Below are positions 52,866 through 64,000 of a stretch of DNA of 64,000 nt, piece by piece. The notes below the pieces were generated by a model. It was not told the DNA's origin, made no database searches, and was given only the letters and a program-made list of their open reading frames with translations. Made by a program: the position numbers and the translations under genes. Every line of letters begins with the position of its first letter. Positions within the stretch are counted from its first letter, which is position 1. This stretch comes from Octopus sinensis (taxonomy: Eukaryota): positions 7,377,360-7,441,359 of the forward strand of contig NC_043019.1 in assembly GCF_006345805.1 (NCBI RefSeq). The letters are read 5' to 3'.

Positions 52866-53261
52866 CAGTGGTTTTCAAGGAATCATTGTTTTTCTTCTTA
52901 CCTGAGCATCCCTTTGATTACTATTTTGCTCCGCCGGCGCCAATTACCATTCGATGTTTAAAAACTACTTTTATATACACTTGTTTTCTAATTTCTTTTT
53001 GCTTTCCCACCCATTCATTTGTGTAGGTGTGCAATCACATCCTCTCACCGAATATGTTTCCAATGGACGAAAACCTGTCGGATTCTATAAAGCGTTAGGG
53101 AAAGAAACCTTATTTTGCGCAATATATACATCTGGGGCCCTAAATACTACATAGAAGCCTCATTTTATTATATCGCTTGCATAGACATCCAAAACTTTCA
53201 TATGGTGCCCCCCCACCTCACCCCCACTCGACGTGATATGGATCCTGGTTGAAAATCATTG
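52866..53261. mobile_element. hAT (Charlie-like) MITE, degenerate
   Basis: CAGTGGTTTTCAAG at the left and GTTGAAAATCATTG at the right (11/14 inverted match); no 8-bp TSD recognisable. Confidence 0.45.
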
Positions 53262-54624
53262 TATCCGATAATGTGACCTTATGCGACTTTAAAATATGTA
53301 TGGCCAAGTACATTATTTACATTCGACGGATATTTGTCCTCATCTTGTATGCCGACCCTTCCTTGTCTCAGTTTGGAACGGATGCCCTTTGTTTGTTCCA
53401 ACTTCAGCAGCTGTAGCTCGTATGCCAAAATAACAAATATCAAGTAGAAATATCAGTATGCTAAACTGAATAAAACTCGGATTTCTTTGTCGCCATTTTC
53501 CCGATGGGGTTCGAAATGAAAAGGCCTGCGAGACGCATCATTAATTCGAACACTTATACGAGATTCTACGCCTCTCTTTTTACTACAGGATACATTTATT
53601 TTTTAAAAACAATAATAATGATTTTATACTAAAACGCAATCACATTTTAGTGGTATAAATTTCAAACAACAAAATAAACATGAAATCGAAATCAACAACG
53701 ATATAGGAAGAAAATTTAGCATGAAATAGAATCCAAGAATAGTATCAAAAGGGCCTAATGAGACAGACATCTGTGGTGTTTGGCACTAGTTCTCATGCCA
53801 AACAAATTATTTCGGGAAAATTCTAATGAAGTGGAGATAGGTAAAAATATAGGCATAGCGAAAATAAAATCGAATGAAGAGAGAGTGAAGGGGTGGGAGA
53901 ATGACAGTGAAAGAGTGGTAGGGAGAGAGTGAGAGAGCGATGGAAAGGGAGACAAAAAATAGACTGTTTCAGGCGATTTATAAATATTAAAACACAAAAG
54001 TTAGAAGCGGTGGAGCGAGAGAAGACGATGGTGTGTAAACGGCGGAGTTGGATACAATTAACAGCACACACACAGACAGGCATACATTCATGTGCATAAA
54101 TATGTGAGTGTGTGTGTGCGTGTATTTATGTGTGTATGCCGATGCATATATATATATATATGTATATATATGCACATATGTGTGTGTATGTGCGAGTGTG
54201 TGTGTGAATATATTATATGATTTTATAATATATATATATATATATATATACCTACACATGTGCGCGCAAATATTTATATATACAGAAAGAAAAAGGGGTC
54301 CTTTGACTGTTTAATGAGAAATAAAAAAAAAAATTCTGAAACTCTGTTTAATGATATCACACACACACACACATATATACATATATAGATGTGTATGTGT
54401 GTGCATGTATGTATATGAACGTTTAAGAGTGCACATATGTATATATTTGTGTGTATGTATTTGTATGTTTGTATTTGTGAATGTGTGTGCATACGTGTGC
54501 GCGAGTCTGTTTATCGGTTAAAATTTTTTTTAAAGTTTCGTTTATAATTTAACTTAATATTTTAATGATGTTAAAAGATCTAAAACATATACAGCTGCAG
54601 TTAAAAAAAAACTAAATTAAACAT

Positions 54625-54656
<32 letters not shown>

Positions 54657-55570
54657 GTCAGAGAGAGGAGGGGTAGTGAGAGAGAAATAGACTGAAATAT
54701 ATACACACAGGCGTGGATATATATGGATTTAAATATGAATACTTCGAATGAGTCTGTTTAAATTCCTAAATATAAGTGCGTATGATAATTTATGTAAATA
54801 TGTGTATATTATATTTTTACATCTAAATATATTCCTTTCACAATCACACGTTGGTACATTAGCTTCCGTGGTATAGATATGTATGGGTCTGTTTCAATAT
54901 GTGCGTATGGGTTTGTCATTGTGTGTGCGTTTTTTGCGCATGTGCACGACTGGGTGTTTACGTAAAAATATTTCTGTACACAATTTTTAGACGGTTGTTA
55001 TTTTCGTTGCTATTTTTTTTTTTTTTTTATTATTAAGAAACATTGATGTATATAGCTTCTGTATGACTTCGATGCTGCGTTATGTATGTAGGTCTGCAGG
55101 TATATATTAATATTATATATATATATATACGTATATTTTTCTGTGAGTATGTATATCTCTATCTATCTAGACACACACACAAACATATATATATATATAT
55201 GCTAACAAATAATACTTATAGGTATATACATATATTTTATATGTATATAGATAAATATATTTATATAGATAAATAAATAAACAGAAAGTTAGATAGAGAG
55301 ATGATACATGCATAGATTTAAACAAGTACCTATATTCATATACGCATGTATATATACATATGTCTATATATAAAGATGTACATATAGATGTATACGCATA
55401 TGTACGTAAATATATACACACATATAGATCACATCTGTATATATATACATATACAGGTATATTGATACACGTGTACACACACTTATATATGTACATAAAT
55501 ATATAATACACACACACACACACACGTATATATATATATATATATATATATAATACACACACACACACAC

Positions 55571-55611
<41 letters not shown>

Positions 55612-56334
55612 AATACACACACACACACACATATATATATATAATATACACACATAAATGTGTCCCTGTGTGTATGTATGTGTGCCTGCCCTTATATATG
55701 CACACGTATTCCTGCCAGAACTTTTAGTAATGTTATCTTGCTATATAGAATTCGATACTAGAATTTTTTTTTTAATGCATCAGAGAATAAATTCGATAAA
55801 TTAGGAAATGTGTTTTGCATACGTCTGTGTATGTGTGTCCATTTCTAGGAATGTGTGTATGCGGGTGAATGCGTGTCTGAGTGCGCGTCTGTGTAACGTG
55901 TATCCACACAAGAATGCGTGAACGCTAAAATACCAAAATGCTTGTAGTAACATCATTTGAAAACTTTCTCAGTCACTTCCGACCAGTTGCTTCCTTTCCC
56001 ACTCATCTCTGCATTCCTCTCTCTCCATCTCTTGCCCTTTCATATATATATATATATACACACACACACGTATATGTATGCATAATTACATACGTCGATG
56101 CATACACGAACGCATAATATATATAATGAATGCATCTATACGCTGTATAAAATCAAAAAGGAAAAATTCCATTGTCTCTCTTCGTGACTGAAGACAGAGG
56201 TTAGCGCTTACATTGCTAGAAATGAGAGTTAAATACCCTTCAAACCTTATTTCTACAAATGTAGGTGCCACTCTGCCCCGTCAGTCAGTCTTAGTGACAA
56301 TCGAATTATATATATATATATATACACACACATA

Positions 56335-56470
56335 CATACATTTGACAGATATTTGTCCTCATCTTGTTTGTTGTTAACGCAACGCTTCGTCTGATATACT
56401 CTCCAGGCCTCATCAGGTATCTTGGGGAAATTTCGAACCTGGGTTCTCATTTCTAAGGCATTTTTCGTTA
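56335..56470 (-). mobile_element. Penelope-like fragment with mutated minimal hammerhead
   Basis: Minus strand GATAC-CTGATGA-GGCCTG...CAGAC-GAAG-CGTT-GCGTT (A15.1->G). A related start TTTACATT.GAC.GATATTTGTCCTCATCTTG recurs at about 53316-53347. Confidence 0.55.
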
Positions 56471-56483
56471 TTGTCGTTGTAAC

Positions 56484-56514
<31 letters not shown>

Positions 56515-56907
56515 CCTACCCCTAACAAACCCGGCCTTAGATATACAAGGATTTGATAAAACTAGTCTATAAATAAAAACTGACCCCATATACAAGTGAC
56601 AAGCAAAATCTTTAACAAGTCTATTCTTCCTGATAACTTAGTAGCTTCTAAGTGGAAGGATGGGCAACAATGTTCTTTGTTTATCTCCTTGCTTTTTGGA
56701 GATTTTAGGCAAAAATATAATAATGTGTCCATCTGTTTTCATTTTATTATAGTCTGTGTCTTTGTGCAGCTGAGGATTGCTCTGCATTTAAATTGATGTA
56801 ATGGTTGCATTATTCAATTAAATGGAGTCGTGTGAAACAATCGTACTGCATTACCTCTGAATATCCTTGTTACATATTTTGATTCTAATCACCTTATTTT
56901 GAAATAA

Positions 56908-56938
<31 letters not shown>

Positions 56939-57824
56939 CATATATACACACACACACACTTTTGTTTGTAGTTATTGTTTGTTTTTGTTCGGCCTAAAGC
57001 GGCGATGTGGCCAAATCGTTACCGCCCCGGGCAAAGTATTTAATGGCATTTCGTCTGTCTTTACGTTGTGAGGTCAAATTTAGCCTTTCATACTTACGGT
57101 GTCGCTATAATAAGGACCAGTTAAATACTAGGGGCTGAATAAATCAATAAGCCCCGTCCTCTAAATTGTTGGCCTTGTGCTCAGAATTGAAACCGGTATT
57201 TTATTTGTTTGGCTTTCTTTTTTTCTTGTTTACTTTATTTCACTTCATGAACAACTACTGCCGCTACTCTCTGTACTTCCGTTGCTGCTGATGCTACTCA
57301 AATTATTCTGGCTCTTATTGATTAATTAATTAATTAATTACCCCACTTAAATCCATTCTAAACATCGCAAGTCATTTACCTAAATCTGATAATATGACAC
57401 TTCCGTCTTCTCCGTTATTTTATTAGTTATGTAATTATTGCTCATTTTCCCCCTCTCCTTTTAGTCTTTTTGTGTGTGTGTGAGTGAATGTACGATCGAA
57501 ACTCGGGATTTTTCAAACAAAACCTGATAAGGGTTGAACGTTTGCGCGTCCTTTCAGAGTATTTTCTTTTCCCTTGTTTTCCATTTGTTGCTTTGTCTTC
57601 TTCCTGTGCCCTAACGCTGCACACATTTTTCCATCTCCCTACTCACTGGTGGCTTCCATTTCGAGCGACAACTTTCCTCTACCTCTGTACTTGCAATAGA
57701 GAGATAAGGAATATCCTTACCTCCCTAATGCATTTTCCCCTCTCACTTAACCATTCCTGTATCGTTATCCTTTTTTTGCCAATCCTTCATTCTTTATTTC
57801 TTGCCTTTCTAACCGTCTATCATT

Positions 57825-57859
<35 letters not shown>

Positions 57860-58934
57860 TTGCGTCTCTCTGTTTCTTTTGTTTCGCTTTATATTTCCCT
57901 TTCTGTCAACCCTCTCATTTAACAACTCCTTATCTACCCCCCCCCACTTTCCTTTCACCAAATTCCCTCTTTCTTCGCATCTGCTTGCTTCTTACCTTCT
58001 ATCTACTCATTTTTCCGTTCATTCAATCCTACTCTTTCTTGTACATGAAAGAATTTATTCACACAGACAAACATACATAAGTGACCCAACAACATACATG
58101 TATTTGTGGATATATATTCATATACACACTTATGTATTTGTGTGTACACACACACATATGTGTGTGTGTGTGTGTATACATATGTAGTACACTTGTATAC
58201 ACGCATGCATATACAGGTACACACGCACATAACGTGCACACAAATACACAGTTAGATAGACCGACAGATAGATAGAGAGGCACATACACGCACACATCTT
58301 GAGGTACATATATCCACTAGCTATATATTATTACTAGTGATAAAGAACACGTTCGGATCTTTCATATTGTCACAATGACCATCCTAAAGTACAGCATCTC
58401 TTTCACATGAAGAATATTGCAGAAAAATAAAATGAAGCAAATAACAATACCTAATTTACCTCTCGTATACATATAAATATATATTTTTATATCTTGTATA
58501 TATATAACAGTCAATGAAATGAACCATTTGTTCTCAGTGCTGTGGAAATGGCCTCGGTGTATTTTGCCAAAATGTCAGATTTTCTTATTAAATCTACCCA
58601 ATTCACGAGGCTATTTTTGCAATTTGTTGTCTCCTTCTTTTGAAGTCTTTCAGAATCTTACTTGTTTTCTTATGATTCCGATATTACGCATCTTATGGTC
58701 ATATCCAGTTCGATTCTATTATCATCGATTTCATGTTTGACAATATCAGTTCATTTCCATTGTTATTGGAAATATTTCGATATTTTATAGTTCTTGCCAC
58801 GATTTTTCCAAACATAATGTGTTCCTGATGACATCAAGCTGTTCTTAGGTTGCTTCTTTATTTGTTTTATATCGTTATTATCGTGGATTCTTGCTTCGCT
58901 GATTACAGGCTTCAGCAGAAGAAGAGGAGAGAAG

Positions 58935-59115
58935 AGAAATTCTTCTAGCTGCTCGTCCATGATACCCAAGCTTATGCAGATATGTAATACATGTTCTTAG
59001 ACTAACTTCTAGCTGTTTTGTAATGTCAGAAGCCTTCGAACGTGTTTCGTTTTCCACAATTCTCTTCAAACAGCGAAGATTCCTTTCCGATGGCCCAATT
59101 CGGCCAGTCATCTCC
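58935..59115 (-). pseudogene. Tc1 transposase N-terminal fragment (same family as 62901-63799)
   Basis: GPSERNLRCLKRIVENETRSKASDITKQLEVSLRTCITYLHKLGYHGRAARR; AAGAGAATTGTGGAAAACGAAACACGTTCGAAGGCTTCTGACATT is shared with the 63.2 kb copy. Confidence 0.85.
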
Positions 59116-59329
59116 TCATCTGCCCTGACCATGCAGCATGTGGTTCACAAATATGAGCTGTCATCCCAACTCGGTACGCAGAGTCTAATTCGGAAAAATC
59201 TGTCAACATGGCGCTCCCAAATCACACAAGTCTGACGGGAAAATTGCATCAATTATAATTGCTCCCAAACCTAAATCCAGTTGTAATAACTCAGTTGTTT
59301 ACTTGTTTAAGTTTGTTTATTATTTATCC

Positions 59330-60150
59330 TTTCTATTCTAAGCATAAGGCCTGAAATTTGGAGAAGTTCGGGAGACGAATACATCGACCCCCCCCCCAGC
59401 GTTTCAGCGACCTTGAAATGATGAAAGGCAAAGTCAACTTCGGCAAAATTTGAACTCAAAACGTAGAATTGGACGAAATGCCAATTAGCCCCTTTTTTTC
59501 CAGCATGTTAACGATTCTTCCAGTTCGACACATTTCAATTATTGCTAAAATCAGTTCCAAATTTTGTCACAAAGCCAGCAATTTCTGTGATGGGAGAATT
59601 CTATTACATCGACTCCAATGCTCATCTGGTACTTATTTCATCGATCCCGAGAGGATGAAAAGCAAAGTCGACTTCGGCGGAATTTGAACTCAGAACGTAA
59701 TGTGAGAGGAAACACTGCCAAGCATTTCGCCCGGCGTGATAATGTTTCTGTCAGCTCGCCGCTAGACACAAGGCCCGAAATTTTAGGGGAGGGGACCAGT
59801 CGATTCGAGCGATCTCAGTAAGCAACTGGTATTTAATTTATTGACCCCGAAAGAAGAAAAGGCAAAGTCGACCTCGGCGGAATTTGAACTCAGAACGTAA
59901 CGGCAGACGAAATACCTATTTCTTTACTACCCACAAGGGGATACATACAGATAGGACAAGCAAGGACAGACACACGGATTAAGTCGATTATATCGACCCC
60001 AGTGCGTAAATGGTACTTATTTAATCGACCCCGAAAGGATGAAAGACAAAGTTGACCTCGGCGGAATTTGAGCTCAGAACGTAGCGTCATACGAAATATC
60101 GCTAAGCATTTCGCCCGAACTGCTAACGTTTCTGCCAGCTCGCCGTCTTA
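59330..60150 (-). mobile_element. SINE family C cluster: two monomers plus one dimer
   Basis: Units at about 59330-59530 and 59545-59762, dimer at 59762-60150 with junction at 59909-59940. Confidence 0.87.
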
Positions 60151-60673
60151 TAATAGTAATATTATTAAAGATGAAAACAGATACAGTGAGACCCAGTTCT
60201 ATGTTGCTGGAACTTCATCTGTCAATCTGAAAGCTTCTCTTCGTTATTGCTTTGGTAATTTTAATTAGACATTGGGATATATTTTTATTACTGGTAGCTA
60301 TATCAAGGTAATTATGTAGGCTCTTGACATAAATGATCCTCTTGATGTGACGGATCTGTTGTCTGCGAATGTAATCCGATTATTCACCCCCCACCCCCGC
60401 CACTATTTTAAATCCAGATTTAACACCACAAACATATTACCTGTCCGAAAGATGACAGGCCAATCTATTTTCAAAACCACAAACCGATTCAATCATAAAC
60501 AATAAAACCCTAATTAGCACCATAAAGATGTAATATGCAATATCACTTTGCTATAGACATACACAGCTTACAATCTAGACAGACATTATACGGAACAGAA
60601 AACGGAAACGCTCATTTGCATACACAGAAATTCTGACCACGCCGACTGGTTTGAGGACCTCATCAAGTTAGCA

Positions 60674-61200
60674 TATCTTTCTTTTACTGATGGCTGATGC
60701 CATACTGGAGCACCTCATTTCAGTGTGTTTTGGGATTATTTTCTGTAGTGCTTTCGGTGGAGTAGCGAGGTAGATGGTGCTGCTCTCTTTTGCGCAGCCT
60801 GCCGCGAGATGGGCTTCTTTGGTATTTCAGAAAAAAATTGTCCTGGCGCAAATCTATGAAGTTGTTTGGCTGAATGTTGAATGGTTGTAGTCCTTTGAAA
60901 CCCGAGTTTTTCACAGTACTAGATCTTTATCCTAAGATGAAAAAGGCGGGATATTTGGTATTGTGCAGTGCTGTCCAGTTTAGTGGGCGTCATAGATTTT
61001 TTTTCCAAAGTTGTGAGCTACACATTTCATCATCTTCCATATATATATATATATCATTCACACCTTCCCTCTTTCGGAACCTCAGAACCTTCTCCGCCTC
61101 CTGTACGTCATCTGTTCCACTGAGTTAATCTACTTTGTGTAGTGCAGCCCGGTTACCTCAAGATCCTCCATCAGACTGAGGCTCTACGGTGACCATAGCT
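60674..61200 (-). mobile_element. Second CR1/L2-type LINE 3' relic
   Basis: With frameshifts: IYIWKMMKCVAHNFG...YCEKLGFKGLQPFNIQPNN..DL...FLSEIPKKPISRQAAQKRAAPSTSLLHRK, homologous to 279-620. It ends AGGTGCTCCAGTATGGC...GTAAAAGAAAG. Confidence 0.75.
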
Positions 61201-61620
61201 GGGAAGGAGAAGGAGATATATTCATTCTTTGTGGTTTTGCGTAATTCCTTTCATCTTTTCGATGACGATGAAATAATTTCTAATACAGGTGAAACTTCTT
61301 TGTTTTTACTCTTCTTACTCTCCTCATAACATTCTCTTTCTTTCTCACAGCGATAGAAATGGAAGGTGTCGCGTCAGCTCCAGGCACTTTAAAGTTTTGA
61401 GGCTACAACATCTATCTTCATTCACCCTACATCCCAGCTCAATTGTTACGGAAATGGAAGGATAGGTATGTGAAAAAGTATCACAGCAATGTTATATATA
61501 TATATATAAATGTAATTGGTGACAGATAATTAGATAAATTCCTCTATTTACATAATATCGAGGTGTCTTTCTTTCTTTTGTTATCTTACCATTTTTATCA
61601 ATATATATATACACACACAT

Positions 61621-61831
61621 ATCGCTAACAATAGAGCTCAAAAATACTTTTGTGACCATGGTCACAAAATAAATGGGAGGTAAAAATTCCAGTGAACACC
61701 AAAATCGTCTTACCTCGGTGAAGTTCAGCAAAATTAATTTTTGTTCACTGGAAAGTTTTCCTCCCATGCCTGTATTTATTTTGTCACTATTCCGTACAAC
61801 AGAAGTATTTTTGACTTCTATTTTTAGCGAT
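61621..61831. repeat. Fold-back inverted repeat (about 90-100 bp arms) containing a 22-bp perfect palindrome
   Basis: ATCGCTAA.AATAGA..TCAAAAATACTT / AAGTATTTTTGA..TCTATT.TTAGCGAT; TTTTGTGACCATGGTCACAAAA at 61648-61669. Confidence 0.88.
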
Positions 61832-62284
61832 GCAGATACTCATGCATATAGACGCACATACACATACACATTTTTATATATATAGGTTAATCAGTAGGAG
61901 ATATCAAGGCGGAAACCTATTATTTGGAACCCCTCTGACGAAATTTCCTCATACTTCCTCTGTCACTCTTAAGATATATATATACACACACATTCACCAC
62001 ACATATACATACGCATGTACACACACATCGATATGCTTCTATTTGCACGTGGTTGTGTGTAAGTAGTTCTATATAATCATATCGGGGCAAATATTTATGT
62101 CAGTGTCAAAACGTTATATAACCCTAACGGCATAGCCAAATATTTCCAACATCAAAGATTAACGCATGCGCGATCTCAGTTTTCTTTAATGCTCTTTTGG
62201 ACATATTCATTCATAGTTCTTCATGCGTGAGTTTCTAAATACAAATCAGAATGTAAAGTTAAATTTATGTATATATAAATGTCG

Positions 62285-62328
<44 letters not shown>

Positions 62329-62476
62329 GCAAACCTATATTCGTTATTACAGAAATTACACTAACCGGTTTCTTTAAGAATGAGACAGACAAACACACAC
62401 ATATACATGCATATGTATATACATTCCTGTACATGAATATGTACGTATGCATATATATATATATATGCATGGGGAT

Positions 62477-62830
62477 TCTTTTCTTTTATCTTTTACTTGC
62501 TTCAGCCATTTGGCTGCGGCCATGCTAGATCACCATCCTTAGTCGAACAAATCGACCCCAGGACTTATTCTTTGTAAGCCTAGTACTTATTCTATCGGTT
62601 TCTTACGTAGAATCGCTATGTTACGTGTCAAGCAGTGGCGCACAAACAGGGAGACAAATACACACACATATAGATATATGCATATAGATATATTACACGA
62701 CAGACTTCTTTCGGTTTTCCGCCTACCAAATCCACTCACAAGGCTTTTGCTCGCTCTGAGACTATAGTAGAAGACACTTGCCTAAAGTGCTATGCAGTGA
62801 GGCTGAACCCAACACTATGTGGTTGAGAAG
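62477..62830 (-). mobile_element. SINE family A with internal deletion
   Basis: Tail, body and head motifs are recognisable. Confidence 0.85.
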
Positions 62831-62900
62831 CATATAGATATATACATGCATAAGACTCACACACACATATTTATATATATATATATAATATACACACAGA

Positions 62901-63799
62901 CATGCAGGAAGTAAATAGACACCTTTAATTTTCAAAATTTAAGCATCTTAATGTTTTCAGCGGTGTAGAATTTACAACGTAATTATTATTCTTTTTCATT
63001 CCAGGTACCATTATAATAAACATTTGCTAAGAGTAACCATGTCACGCTCAAACAAAAGTCAGCAGAACTGTCAGATTTTCAAAGAGTTCGTATTGTTGGC
63101 CACACTGCGGCTGGTTTTAGCCAGCGAAAAATTGCCGAAAATCTACAGTGCAATTCAAAAGCCAAGGAAAATGAATCAAGATTCTCCTCCTGGCCGACCT
63201 GGGCCCGCGGAAAGGCAGCTTCACTGTTTCAAGAGAATTGTGGAAAACGAAACACGTTCGAAGGCTTCTGACATTGCTGCACTAGCTTGGGTATTATGGA
63301 CGAGCAGCTAGAAGAAAACCCCTCCTTCAACCAATTAATAGCACTTAAAGGAATAAATGGGCTAAGATGTCAGAAAAATACTTCCGGTGTATTCACACGA
63401 TAAGATAACGAAAGATGAGTTTATCTTCGTGGAAGATGGGGCTCCATGCAACACAGTGAAAAGGAATCAATAATGGCTGACTGAAAATGGGCTCAAAAAG
63501 CTTCCTTGGCCGAGCCAATCTCCTGACTTGAACCCAATTGAAAATCTTTGGCGCATACTAGATAGAGCTATACGAAAAACTAAATCTAAAGATGAATTGT
63601 TTTGATTGTTGCGTGAAAAGTGGGCAGAAATTCCACAAGAGACAATCACAAAGCTCACCAGTTCAATGCCAAAAAGAGTTTCTGAATTAAAAACTGCAAA
63701 GGGAATGTCAACTGAATACTATTACATTTGAATTGTTTGCTTTGCGTATTAAATAAAAAAGATTTGGGAAATTAAAGGTATCTATTTACTTCTTGGATG
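62901..63799 (+). mobile_element. Internally deleted Tc1 (DD34E) DNA transposon with both TIRs
   Basis: TIRs CAGGAAGTAAATAGACACCTTTAATTT (62905-) and AAATTAAAGGTATCTATTTACTTCTTG (-63795). Transposase relic FIFVEDGAPCNTVKRNQ*WLTENGLKKLPWPSQSPDLNPIENLW has 34 residues between D and E, with stops and deletions. Confidence 0.93.
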
Positions 63800-63812
63800 G
63801 ATGTGTGCGTGC

Positions 63813-63846
<34 letters not shown>

Positions 63847-64000
63847 TTCTCATATAAGATAGGTGTACGTTTATACACAAAATAGAGGAGCCTAACAAGG
63901 ACACATTACATGCTAAATGGATCAGTCAAAGCCCAAATCACAGTTTTGAAGTGGATGGAAAACAAAAACATTTTCAATAGTTACCATTTGTACCAAGGTT

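Overview
AT-rich, microsatellite-saturated, non-coding eukaryotic DNA with one 100-N assembly gap. The SINE families and TA/CA/TACA/TAA repeat style suggest an octopus (coleoid cephalopod) genome; this is inference, not a database result. I cannot support any intact host protein-coding gene. Almost every ORF in the track is a translation of a microsatellite or a transposon relic. Recognisable content: three tRNA-derived SINE families (one recurring as a fused dimer), 3' relics of a CR1/L2-type LINE and a Dong/R4-type RLE LINE, a Helitron PIF1-helicase relic plus a non-autonomous Helitron, Tc1 (DD34E) and mariner-type relics, and Tigger-, piggyBac- and hAT-like MITEs. There are also three long fold-back hairpins. 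The strongest unexplained signal is a set of hammerhead ribozyme motifs: a complete type III hammerhead with an intact core at 17581-17650 in otherwise unique sequence, a near-intact minimal type I hammerhead caged in a 38-bp perfect inverted repeat at 23800-23931, and several degenerate Penelope-type minimal hammerheads.
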